64,000 nt of DNA from Chrysomallon squamiferum (Eukaryota > Animalia > Mollusca), in the NCBI GenBank assembly GCA_012295275.1, contig CM022673.1:1364001-1428000 (forward strand), given 5' to 3'. The notes beneath the pieces are model-generated. The model did not search any database, was not told the DNA's origin, and saw nothing but the letters and a program-made list of their open reading frames with translations. Below, in pieces: positions 16,871 through 50,748 of the stretch. The first letter of the stretch is position 1; every line of letters begins with the position of its first letter. The translations under genes were made by a program, and so were the position numbers.

Positions 16871-17766
16871 GTAAGTAATTAATTTAAATTATATCTTGCA
16901 TAAATATTGCTGAATTAATCTGTTGACTACTTGCATATATCAAATAGCTAATTTGCAATTGAAATGAAGCATCATTATATTTTAATAACGTTTGTTTACT
17001 TTATGTTTTGCATTTCGTTCGATTATTTTCATAATATAGTTTCGATCACAAAAGTTGTTTTGATGTTTACGTGTACAACAAACGTGTTAAGGAGCAGTGT
17101 TAAATGTATTTAAGAATTAAAATATCCATTAGCTTTGAAATCTGGATATACGTGCTGTTCAGTTCCACTGACTATTTGACTTGTATCCAGTTTCTCTGAA
17201 ACAAATTAATGATTATTATTAATACTTAAAAATCCCAGAAATGTTCCCAATAATCATTCCTTTTACCATAGGGTAGATCATCATGATCTTGATAAACACC
17301 TTAATTATGACAGTAATACACACAAATACATATATTTAATATTTATAATGGCTACAGATTTTTTAAACTGATTTTTAAAATTTGTTCTTCTTATTGTTAT
17401 ATAATGATATGAAATAGGAAACATATTGCTGCCATAAGGAATCATCTTCACATACTGGGGAAGCCCATAGAAAGGAAAGAACACACAGATATATATAGCC
17501 TCTGAAGTTTTATAATCCAGTTACTGAATACTGGCTTGTATTATAACCATCAAGCCACAGTGCATATGCTTCCACAATCTCTGTGTTAACAACTATTATG
17601 CCTAACATTCATAATAAACTTGTTATTGCTCAATACAAAAATTGTTAAATATATTGATCATATACAATTTCATTTTATTATTTATGGTTTTTATATTTTT
17701 CAGAATGTTGTCACAGTTCATCAGTTAATTCGAATATGAAACAAAGTATTTGATAATCCCGTAACA

Positions 17767-19125
17767 ATGATGGTTATAACGTACATCTTGTTTTTAGCCC
17801 TGGCTGGCCTGTGTCTGATCCTCCAGTACTGGGCTCACAGAGTCAGGAGAGATGAGTCTGTGGGTAACAATCCACAGTTTATTAAATTTCAGCGAGGATA
17901 TTTTGCTGTTTATTTGGTGGCCATGTTTGCAGACTGGCTGCAAGGCCCTTACTTATATAAGCTCTACAGTTACTATGGTTTCCAAGAGGAGCAGATTGCT
18001 GTTCTGTATGTTCTAGGATTTGCATCCACTGTTTTACTGGGAACATGGACACCAATTGCAGCAGACCAGTTTGGAAGGAAAAAGTTATGTCTTGTATTTA
18101 CCATGACCTATTCTGTATCCTGTCTGTTTAAACTGTCAAGAAGTTACGGCATACTTATCATAGGAAGGCTTTTAGGAGGAGTAGCAACGTCAGTTCTTTT
18201 CTCAGCTTTTGAGGCTTGGTACATTCACGAGCATATTGAGACACATGATTTTCCTAAAGAATGGATTTCAGTCACCTTCACAAAGGCATCAACCTGGAAT
18301 GGATTTCTTGCTGTGATGGCAGGATTGACCACCAATGTTGTGTCCGAGTGGTTTGGACTGGGTCCAGTAGCACCATACATGCTTGCCATACCCTTTTTAA
18401 TATTTGTCGGGATTGTTATTTCAACCCACTGGAACGAAAACTACAGTGGGCAGAAAGTACGTTTTAGAAAAGAGTGTTTTGAAGGACTGAAAAATATTGT
18501 TCAGAGTGAGAAGATCTTCATGATCGGAGCAATAGAAGCTTTGTTCGAGAGTGTCATTTATGTGATAATCTTTTTATGGACACCAATTTTAGACCCAGGA
18601 AAACCATCTCTGGGAATAGTGTTTTCAAGTTTCATGGTGTGCATTCTGATTGGTCAAGCCACATATCACATTCTGACAGCTCACAGTGTCTCAGTAATCA
18701 CGTTACTGATGTCATCAACAATTATTGCCATGTCGTCCAATCTCGTCTGTGTTTTCTCAAATCACCCTGGCAACAGGAACATGACGGCATCGTACGTAGC
18801 TCTGCTGTTTTTCGAGTTTGCTGTAGGTATTTATTTCCCAGCCATGGGCTGTTTGAGATCACACGTCATTCCTGATGTGCATCGATACAGCATAATGAAC
18901 TGGTTCAGAGTTCCCATCAACATCATCACCTGCATCGTCCTCATGCTGCTGCATGAAGATGTGTTTCAGCATGGAAACAGAATGATCTTTGTTATCTGTG
19001 TTGTGCTGCTCTTTCTCAGTCTGTTGTGTGGTCTGCGATTTATCAGACTGTCCAAAGATGACAGCAGTGATGAACTTAAACAAACTCTGATGACGGAGGC
19101 CGAACATGTGCACAATATATTTTGA
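17767..19125 (+). CDS. MFSD5: Molybdate-anion transporter (MFS, MOT2 family), 452 aa
   Basis: Signature motifs ADWLQGPYLYKLY, ADQFGRKK, GRLLGGVATSVLFSAFEAWY, FLWTP, GIYFPAMG and NWFRVP; many transmembrane segments; single coding exon. Confidence 0.95.
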   Translation: MMVITYILFLALAGLCLILQYWAHRVRRDESVGNNPQFIKFQRGYFAVYLVAMFADWLQGPYLYKLYSYYGFQEEQIAVLYVLGFASTVLLGTWTPIAADQFGRKKLCLVFTMTYSVSCLFKLSRSYGILIIGRLLGGVATSVLFSAFEAWYIHEHIETHDFPKEWISVTFTKASTWNGFLAVMAGLTTNVVSEWFGLGPVAPYMLAIPFLIFVGIVISTHWNENYSGQKVRFRKECFEGLKNIVQSEKIFMIGAIEALFESVIYVIIFLWTPILDPGKPSLGIVFSSFMVCILIGQATYHILTAHSVSVITLLMSSTIIAMSSNLVCVFSNHPGNRNMTASYVALLFFEFAVGIYFPAMGCLRSHVIPDVHRYSIMNWFRVPINIITCIVLMLLHEDVFQHGNRMIFVICVVLLFLSLLCGLRFIRLSKDDSSDELKQTLMTEAEHVHNIF

Positions 19126-19895
19126 CATAAATGCAGAACACCTGTTCTTTTTGGAATTCAGAAATATTTCATATTAATACAATAAAAGTGTTCTGTCAAA
19201 TACAAAGTAATTATTTCTTTGAAATCAGGGATGTCTGTAAAATTAACACACAATATTTCTTTGAAACAGATAGGCAATATTTATTTAAAATAAATATAAA
19301 ATTATACATTTCTTGCATACACAGTAAATTATGAGCCTGGAACACAAAGTATCTCTGCAAAATATTTGGAAATAAATTCAAAATCATGAAACACTTATGG
19401 AATTTAAATCCATTTCGTGTTCACAAAACAAAGCTTGAGTAAAATGCAGTGTGCACTCTTAAAATAAATACTACATTTTGTAATTCATTTGTTCACAGAG
19501 TATATTTTAGTCCAAAAATTAAATTATTTACCATTATATTTTGACTGAAATGCTATTGTTACTATGATAGTAAACTTTTTAGAAGAAAAAAAAAGTTTTA
19601 TAATTTTTATTTGCAACATATTTTGGAACAAATAATCATGACTGGAAGCTATACATCAATATACCCTGTTTTGAAACAAAAGATTGTTCATTATATTTTC
19701 ACAAGATATGCTGAGGTATATACTGTTATATTTTTATTTTGAGATTAAGTTTAGAATTACCCTGTAAATGTTTATAATATATTTTTATCTAAATGCAATG
19801 TTTTCAGACTTAACAGTACAAATAATCTTATAACATCACCTCAGTGAAAGACACTAATATTTAGAGTTACAGCTTTGCTTAAAAATAAAATGTAA

Positions 19896-19928
<33 letters not shown>

Positions 19929-21528
19929 TATAGAATTTGTTTTTTTGAAATATTGAAATTGGATAAAAAAATAATTCACAGATAATGCATTCTTTTAAAA
20001 GAAATATAGTTCTTAAATTTGCATTGCCATTTATAATTCTGAACACTGGAATAACAGAAATGAAAGAAAAACACATAAATCATATACAGCAGTATGTTGA
20101 GTGTGAGTGATCATTTAAAAATACAAAAAAAAAAAAAAAACATTACTAATGTGATTTGTGTTATTTTTTTTTTTTTTTTTTTTTTTTTTTATTTTACTGT
20201 ATTATCATTAAATTCTCAGACTGTGTTTCTTTGTGGTTATAAATATGCTGTATTGATACTTAAATACAAGAGTTGCAGGGTAATGTATAAACACTGTCAC
20301 ACACAGGTGTGCATAACAGCTTGTTCAGTCTGGCTGTTCTGGTTACACAAAAAAAAAAACAAAATTCTCTTCCCTTCCCTTTGTTTTCCATTAACTTTTT
20401 TTCCTTTTTCTTTTTCCTTTGCCTTCTGTTCCATTAATATTCCTTTTTCTTCCCTTTCTTTCTTTCCTCTTCATTCACTTTTCATGCCTTTTTGTTTTTC
20501 ATTTCCAGGACATAACAACACTCAATGGTACTATCATAAACTCAAAATCCTGTTTAGTGCTGTTAATAAAACCAGTACTAGACTAAGAGAAAATTTTAAG
20601 ACAGCAGTATATTTGTTTTATTATTCTTCCATTAATCTAAAATGTTTTTTGTAATTCTATGTCAGTGTTTTCCAAAGGCTGTGACACTGAAAACAGTGCT
20701 AGTAAGTAAAATTACCAGATTTAATGTGTGATAAGCATGCAGTACAATAGTTTATTTGGAAGAACAACACAAGGAACAAGTTTGTGTGGAAGGAAGAGAT
20801 TTTTAAAGGGGTTTTTTAGTGACTGAAATTATTAACATAATTTTCAGAGGAATGAATTATATTACAATAATAAAAAAAATAATAATATATTGTAAAATGA
20901 TTAGTATTTGCCAAAGATAAATATTATTAGTAAAAGTAATGTACATTTCCACTTGTACAGACATAATTTATTTGATGGTTGTTGGGTTTTTTGTTGTTTG
21001 GTTTGGTTTGGTGGATTTTTTAATTTTTTATTTTTTATTTTTTTAATGATATCTTAATGTCAGTGGTCAAAATATAACTTTTTATAAAAAGTCAAATTAA
21101 CAGTCGTAAACAAAAACAAAACCTTAAATTTTATCATTATGGGATTTTTATAATTTTATTTTTTATTTTTTTTATTTTATGATATTGATGAGTCAGTGGA
21201 CAGAGAAAGATGTTAATCATTGCAGTATAATGAATGATATTACATGTAATCATATATCACATACATATATTTGTACTTTTATGTGCATGAAAGTAGATAT
21301 GTAGCATGAAATGTAAAGAATTTAAGTTATTTCAGTTGGTTGAATTATGTATGTTTTTGGTTATTTCAGTATTTTTTTTTATATTTATTTAGTTAACTTT
21401 AAAAAAAAAAAAAAAAATTATTTGTTTACTTAATGTATTTTGTTCTTTTTTGTTTGACATGGTTAATTTAGAGATTGTTGCATTTGATTTCACAAATGAA
21501 ATGTTTATTTTTAAATCTAGTTATTAAC

Positions 21529-21559
<31 letters not shown>

Positions 21560-22759
21560 TATATGTTGATTCTATTCCTTCTCATTTTATTTGGTTATAT
21601 AGCAACACTGAATATGTTGAATTTATGTTTATATGAAACAAAGAAGAAGAAGAAGAAAAAGGTAATATTTAATGAAAACATCTGATCTGTAAATATACTA
21701 TTGGAATCATTGTTATGTTTTTTTTAATAAGTATTTGTAAGAAGCATATAAAAAAAAAATTAGTTTATTTCAATAAATCCATGTTGTCTTTTTCTCAAAA
21801 AGTAAAACTAGTTTATATGTTAAGGCAGACAGATTGAAATATAAAATAATTATAATAATTTTTAAAAAATAAGAAGAAGTGATCTGGAACTTATAACCAC
21901 AATACATTAGTAAAAAAAATATATATTTTCAAGATATTAATAATTATTTTTAATTTTCAGTCGTGTTCCACATTTAATACTTTTTGATACCTTATCTATA
22001 AATATTTAACTCTATATGCACTGTGAGTCTAGAAATATGATCAAAGCCTTTCAGTCAGTTTTTTCTCAATCTAACCAGTGTCTCGTGACTTGTAGGTGAC
22101 TGGGTTATGTGCTGTTTATGTGATGGAAATTGCTGATGATAAGAAATGAAAACAAAATGCTGTTGTCAAAAAGGAAAATTGCTGCAGCTTTTTGTAATGT
22201 TAAATTGATTTTATTTATATTTGAACATTAGTACTCAAATTTCATTGATAGAAAATTAATTATAGTGAACATTTTTTTTTAAACAAAAATAAAATTGTTT
22301 TTTAAATTTTTTTTCATTTCTTTCATTTTAAAAGTTGTGTGTGTGGGAGTGTGTGTTTATTTCTTAGTGAATATTTATTTCTGTTATGTTGCAGGTTCAT
22401 TGTTGTTGATCTGTTTTTTCTTGTGTGGTGATATATTTTGTTTTAAGGTATTTTGTTCTCAGAATAATTTATGAGATTTGTTTATGTTTTAGGTCATTGT
22501 ATGTACAGCACAGTTATAAAGAAAAATAATCATGCATGCATGCTTATTTTAGCTTTGGTGTACTTAATAGTAAATATCTGTAAATGTATGTCAAAATAAT
22601 GTGTACATCTGTATAAAGTGGGTATTTACAAATCAAAATTGTTGCTTTTGATAATTATATTTTTGATTTTATTTTCCATTTCTAGTAATAAAAAGAAAAA
22701 AATTTGATCTGAACTTTGTTACCTTCATAGGCTGCAGCACATGAGATTTACACAGTAAA

Positions 22760-23410
22760 AAGTTAATATAATGAGAATACCCCATGTTTATCATCAGTAC
22801 AGTTCAATTTGTAACTGAAAAATAATATAATGAGAATACCCCATGTTTATCATCAGTACAGTTCAATTTGTAACTGAAAAATAATATAATGAGAATACCC
22901 CATGTTTATCATCAGTACAGTTCAATTTGTAACTGAAAAATAATATAATGAGAATACCCCATGTTTATCATCAGTACAGTTCAATTTGTAACTGAAAAAT
23001 AATATAATGAGAATACCCCATGTTTATCATCAGTACAGTTCAATTTGTAACTGAAAAATAATATAATGAGAATACCCCATGTTTTTATCATAACAGTACA
23101 GGTTCAATTTGTAACTGAAAACTGAAAAAGTTCAATTTGTAACTGAAAAATAATATAATGAGAATACCCCATGTTTATCATCAGTACAGTTCAATTTGTA
23201 ACTGAAAAATAATATAATGAGAATACCCCATGTTTATCATCAGTACAGTTCAATTTGTAACTGAAAAATAATATAATGAGAATACCCCGTGTTTATACAG
23301 TTCAATTTGTAACTGAAAAATAATATAATGAGAATACCCCATGAAAACATGAAAATAATATAATGAGAATACCCCATGTTTTTATACAGTTCAATTTGTA
23401 ACTGAAAAAT
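22760..23410. repeat. 59-bp minisatellite, ~11 copies
   Basis: Unit AAAAATAATATAATGAGAATACCCCATGTTTATCATCAGTACAGTTCAATTTGTAACTG, repeated nearly perfectly with some truncated units. Confidence 0.95.
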
Positions 23411-26400
23411 CCCCCTCCACAATTTTTATTCATTTGATAAAGGACCAGTCCATTTGAACAGTTTGATAAAGGACCAGTCCATGAACTGTTTATGCCTGGA
23501 TTGGCATGAAGGAGTTAAGCTTTGTATATAAAAGAGAGTTTATCAAGTTTGTCCTCCAGGGCGTGCAATTGAAAAATGCAGTGACTTTAAATACAAGTCA
23601 AATGTATCCAAGACATTTACATTAGATCAACAGTTTCTTAAATTTTTCTGAAAATAGGTTATTCAAGCTTCAGTTGGTGGTAAGGTACATGATCAAAAAT
23701 GGCCATTTATTCAAAAAAACAAACACAAGAATGTTGAAATAATTGTTTATTTATATATAAGCATACTGAATGAAGATCCTACATTAAAGAAAAAAGTCAA
23801 AACACTAGCAAATGGGGTTGAGTATAGTCATCAACCCCACATACAGTGTAATGAAGTCTAATAAATAAAATCAATTTACGAGAATATGCTGGCTGCAGTT
23901 TTATTTTTCTTCTTTTTTTGTACAGTTTGTACACATTTAAGTATTTTTTACAACACTAATCCACCATCCAGTGTTCTTAACCCTGAATCCAACACAACAC
24001 TGAACCATCAATTGTCACAATAATTTGTAAAGAAAGAAATTAATAAAATATTAACTATTGAAATATGTTTTCAAAGACAATATTTATTATTTTATACCCA
24101 GTATTATTAGCTCACAAAGCAGTCACAATTTAAAAAGCTGCACCCAGTAAAATGATAAACATTTGTCAAGTTTAAATTCTTATTAATACGATAAAAATTT
24201 GGTTTTAAAAGCATCTCACAATGCCAGCAGATTGTTATGAGAATTTTGAAAAGATTAAAAGAAACCCACATCCACTGATTAAGACAGGTAAAACAACAAA
24301 GGATTTTCAAAACACATAGTAATACAATGTACAACAGAAAAACTGCAGAAAATCTGCTGAGACATACAAAATGCACTTAGGCGAGAGAGTTAATTTTCAT
24401 AACTGGGTGAAATACCTGATAAATTGCATTAAAAACATGAGTACAAACAACATCAATACAGTCAGTAATACTATAATATTTCTCAGAATATGAAATGTCC
24501 ATCTAGAAGGAAACTGGTTTCAAAAACATTTGCTTTTTTTTTTTAAAGGCAACTAAAAATTCATTGTTTTACATACACAGCTAGTTTGAAATGATCATCT
24601 GTGATCTTATTATGCTAAAAATAAAATAAAGTAATAGATAAATAAATATTAATAATAATAATTTCAAAATCCGGTTTTCCTTAAATTTCATTAGGTTAGG
24701 ATCATTTTGGAAATTTATTTTTAATTATATAATTATAAGATAGTATACATTAATTTAGAATATATATTTATTTAAATTATAAAACTTACAACTGATATAG
24801 ATTAATGTTTTTAATGTTATTTAATAATAAATGGTAACTGGATATACACATACACTGAACTACTGGTATATCTGTTGTATTTCCCACATTAATGTATCTA
24901 GGTTAAATGATTCTTTTATTCTGTTACAAAAGACATCTAAATATATGACATAATGGTGTATGATTATTATAAAGTAATCCATGCAATGGCCTTGTCTGTG
25001 TAAAATAAAACAACATTCAGTTTAGTTTATTTCTTCTTGTATACTATGACATCATATATAATCTTAAGTATCATTTAAAAAACTATTTATTTGATGATCC
25101 AAAAACCGATCAAAAACAAGAATAATAAAAAAAAAATTAAGCATATATACAAAACAGATTATTAAATTTTTAAATAATAATGATGAAAGAAAATGTTGGA
25201 AACAAAAAATTCATTATGCAAATGTAGTCATAATTACGTATTTGAAAATTTCTTTCTTTATCTTATATTACTTTTTTCTTTTGTTCTTCTTTTTTTGGTT
25301 TTCTTTTTTTTTACAAAAACATTGCTATGTTAAATTATGTTATTTAACTGGTTGAAAGTATTGATAGAAAAAATATCTTTAATCACCCACTCAAAATACA
25401 TTCACTGATGTTTTTGACCTCATTATCAGTGTAAATCAATATCAAATGGGAGTGTCATAAAAATAATCATTTATGGGCATATTTACTTCATAAAACAAGT
25501 GCAGCCAGATTTTAATAACACAGATAAAAAAAAGTTTATCTTGTGACTGTATAACTATCAGATACTTGAAGTAATTTTACATAATGATGGAATCCATGAA
25601 CAAATGGGCTTGTGTGTGATTTGATAAATAATACAACTGATGTTAATATTGTAATTTTAATCAGTTCTTTATAGAATTATTTTTGTGTGATCTAAATTTT
25701 AAAACAAAATACCCAGCTGTGTTTATAAACAAATATCAAAAGAGGAATGATAAAATAATGTGTTTTAAAAATATTTATTGTTCAGTAGCAAAGTGACAAA
25801 TAAATTATTTATAAATTAAGTTTGATAAAACTAAAACTTGAGGTAAGACCCTTTTCTAAAAAAAAAAAAAAAAAAAAAATGATAGCAGCAACAGTCTATA
25901 CAAAAATGAATTATGGGAAGATGGCTGAATGACCAGTCCTTACTCTTGTATGATAGTTGATGATGTTAACTTTCCCAAAACCTTTCTGAACTATTCATTT
26001 CATTATTTACATTTGTATACATTTCTAATCTCTGTGGTTTAATTGTAACCTGTTAATAAAAGAATGAATGAATGGATCTTCGCTTTAATGACACTTTCAA
26101 CACATTTCTAATATCAACAGTTGTTGATGGAGCAACTTCAAAAAACAAAGAAAGCAACACTATTGAGTTTAACCAAGAGTTCATTCCCCTTAATTTTGAT
26201 GTTGCCTGAATCTGCAAATACATTATGCATAATATTGATCAAAAACAAACTATCGTTTTTTCAAAAACAGTCTCTCATCTAACAGGCAAGGAAGTCAATA
26301 TATTTTTTCTGCAGAAAGCTAATTTTAGATTTTAAGCACAAATTCATGATTCAAGACATTTTTGAAAATGAATGACAAAGAGAAATGACGGTAATTTATA

Positions 26401-26842
26401 TACTAAAACACAGGACAGTTTTCTAGTAGACAATTTTAAATATTTTTTTTTTTTTTTTATTAATTACTAAAATTATTATGAAAAGTTTGCATACAACATT
26501 AGTGCACCAGCTCCTATTCAATAATTTAATCATTGTGATAATTATTATCAATTATTTCCAGGATTAATGAAGCACTTTAAAATTTTATGTTTATAAAGAA
26601 ATTTATAATAACATTCACTCAACTGCTATACTTAACAAATGTAGCAACAAAGCTAAAGATAACAATAAATAATCTTTTGTTATTTTGCACAATTTTTTTT
26701 TTTTTTTTTATTAGATCAAGATGCACAGTAAAAGCTGTAGCAGCAACATTTTCTGTTTAAAAGTATGATGATGTAACAGTAGTTTTTCAAGATGGTGGTA
26801 ATATAACTGATGTTAAGATTTTCCTGGTTTTTTAAATAATTT

Positions 26843-47514
<20,672 letters not shown>

Positions 47515-47626
47515 CTTCTTGTCTTATCAAATCAGTAAATCCAAATCAAAGTATATCTACTTTTTCTTTTTTTTTTTTTTTTTTATTTTTTGAAAGAGTA
47601 AAATCAAGTGTCCTGGGTACCCAACA

Positions 47627-47637
47627 CTTTTATAAAA
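47627..47637 (-). promoter_or_regulatory. Candidate TATA box of a DPYS promoter
   Basis: TATAAAAG on the minus strand upstream of the MEEEVHGQ exon, followed upstream by a GC-richer block (47640-47900). Confidence 0.45.
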
Positions 47638-48731
47638 CAGTGGTCCTTGCGAGGAGTTCAAAACTGCTCTGATGACCTGCTTGAGAAAAGCCTGCTTAAA
47701 GGCAGCTTACCTTGCCCTGTTTGCTTAACGGTGTGGTGGGTGAGTGAGTACTGGGGGGGCCACACCGGGTACTCTGACTCACATTTAACAAAGACACCCA
47801 CATGTGACAGGTGAGAAGGTAAGCTCCATACTTCTAATTGCACTTCAGACAGGTGGCATAACACCTGTAATTAGATGATCTGCCTGAGTGACATGTGAAG
47901 TAAGACAATTACATGTGCAAACATGCGTGTGTGTAGTTTTCAGTTCTGTCCAGGAGGGTTTTTGGAGATAAAGGTGTCAAGAAGGGTGATTTTTTTTTTT
48001 TTTTTTCATCTTCTTCTTCTTCTGATTAAAACAAATAATTTGACTGGCTTATCAATCTGGCTGGATTATTTACATAGATTAAATGTTTTAACATTTCACT
48101 GTTTGTTGTATTCATGTCTTTGTTTATGTACCTGTGTTTCTGTTTTTTCTGTAGAAAAGGGTGTGCTATGGATATTTGGTGGGGGATCAAGATTTACAGA
48201 AAAACAATTTATATACAAGAATACAATTTTGTATCATTAACCTGAAAGCAAAAACTAAATTTTAAAAAATAGAAAAGATATATTTAATTTTAATTAAAGT
48301 AAAAAATATATTTCTTAAAAATTAAAATTGTTTCAAGACTAATTTCTTTTTTTCTTTTTTTTAAATAAGCATTTAAAGGAAGAATATATTGTTTGAAAAT
48401 ATTCATTAAACATTTTTTACAAATATTTCTTAAGTTTTGGTTATGTTTAAAGAGTAAATTTACAAAAGTACAAATTCTAATTACTTCTACCTAACTTTTA
48501 AGACTACATATAATTTATTCAGCTTTAATTTTTAATCTGTTGTTCTATCAGTCTTATCTGCATGTATCTGTTATCTACCTATTTATCTTTTCAAATGATA
48601 TTATGGTATTAAAACTGTCAGTAACTGGTTTATATCTAAAAGATGTTTTTCTGCAATAATTGTTCTGGCATTATTCAGGAAAAAAATTGAACACAGATCT
48701 CGAAAGTGAAGCAGGAGAAAGTGTCCCTAGT

Positions 48732-49647
48732 CCAGTCTATTGTGTAGTGTGAGTTTATACAGTCACCAGTCTATTGTGTAGTGTGAGTTTACATGGTCAC
48801 CAGTCTATTGTGTAGTGTGAGTTTATATAGTCACCAGTCTATTGTGTAGTGTGAGTTTATACAGTCACCAGTCTATTGTGTAGTGTGAGTTTATACAGTC
48901 ACCAGTCTATTGTGAAGTGTGAGTTTATATGGTCTCCAGTCTATTGTGAAGTGTGAGTTTACATGGTTACCAGTCTATTGTGTAGTGTGAGTTTATACAG
49001 TCACCAGTCTATTGTGAAGTGTGAGTTTACATGGTTACCAGTCTATTGTGTAGTGTGAGTTTATACAGTCACCAGTCTATTGTGTAGTGTGAGTTTACAT
49101 GGTCACCAGTCTACTGTGTAGTGTGAGTTTATACAGTCACCAGTCTATTGTGTAGTGTGAGTTTATACAGTCACCAGTCTATTGTGAAGTGTGAGTTTAT
49201 ATGGTCTCCAGTCTATTGTGTAGTGTGAGTTTATACAGTCACCAGTCTATTGTGTAGTGTGAGTTTATTTGGTCACCAGTCTATTGTGTAGTGTGAGTTT
49301 ACATGCTCACCAGTCAGTTTATACAGTCACCAGTCTATTGTGTAGTGTGAGTTTACATGGTCTCCAGTCTATTGTGTAGTGTGAGTTTATACAGTCACCA
49401 GTCTATTGTGTAGTGTGAGTTTATACAGTCACCAGTCTATTGTGTAGTGTGAGTTTACATGGTCACCAGTCTATTGTGTAGTGTGAGTTTACATGGTCAC
49501 CAGTCTATTGTGTAGTGTGAGTTTATACAGTCACCAGTCTATTGTGTAGTGTGAGTTTACATGGTCACCAGTCTATTGTGAAGTGTGAGTTTACATGGTC
49601 ACCAGTCTATTGTGTAGTGTGAGTTTATATAGTCACCAGTCTATTGT
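48732..49647. repeat. 34-bp minisatellite, ~27 copies
   Basis: Unit CCAGTCTATTGTGTAGTGTGAGTTT(ATACA/ACATG)GTCA, with two interspersed variants. Confidence 0.96.
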
Positions 49648-50060
49648 CAGTTCTGGTCTGGCTCCATGTTTGTTTTCTCTGGGTGAGAATTTAATGAGGT
49701 TTTTACATGAAAGGATTGTTTTTTTGTAAGAGTTTGTTTTTATACCAGTTTGTTTTGTTGACTTTGTTTTCAAACACCTATAAAAGTGAGGTGTTTTTTC
49801 ACAGCATTTATTACAAAGATAGAAATTTGTGCACAAAATGATTGACAAAGTAAAAGCATAAACTCGTTGAGTTGTACAAAGGAAAAACTTGGAGCTGATA
49901 TATGTGTTTCTGAGTGCTTTTGTGTGAAACAGAATGTGTAAATGTTTCTGAGTGCTTTTGTGTGAAACAGAATGTGTAAATGTTTTACTGTGTGCATGTG
50001 TGTATATTGTGGGTAGTTGTATTCAGAATGGATATTTGTGTGGAGAATTATTTGTATGTT

Positions 50061-50136
<76 letters not shown>

Positions 50137-50615
50137 ATTATTTACTTTTTGCTTTTAATCTTGCACAAGCATCTTTTCGATAACCTTCTACTAGTAAAAA
50201 TATAATAAATTAAATTAAAATGATGCAACACTTTGACACAATTCCTTGGCAGTTATCATTTTGATTAATTACATAGCGATGTGTCACATGCTTGATTTTA
50301 TTTAACTTACATACATATTTACAAACAGATAAAATGTTATCAACTCATACTCCAACACATTGATAAATACAAGAAAATGCATGCATATACAAATTATATA
50401 GCAATTAAATGCAAATATTCCACAGAAATACTCTTCCACTCAAAATGTAATTTGTCCTGTTCAAAATATAATCATATAATCAAATCTAAATGAAATAAAA
50501 TTTAAAAAAAAGTAATAAATATAATAACAACAGTAATAATATACAGCAGAAGAGAAGAGAAATTTAGAACAAAATAAAATATTTTACATTAATGTGTATT
50601 TATTCATTAATATTT

Positions 50616-50688
<73 letters not shown>

Positions 50689-50713
50689 CACACACACACA
50701 CACACACACAAAT

Positions 50714-50748
<35 letters not shown>

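Noticed and set aside
20094-20654. 186-aa ORF after MFSD5
   Set aside because: Poly-A/poly-T-derived K/F runs with no domain; consistent with 3' UTR.
49905-49985. 38-bp direct duplication (similar short ones at ~2233 and ~30960)
   Set aside because: Ordinary slippage duplications with no further structure.
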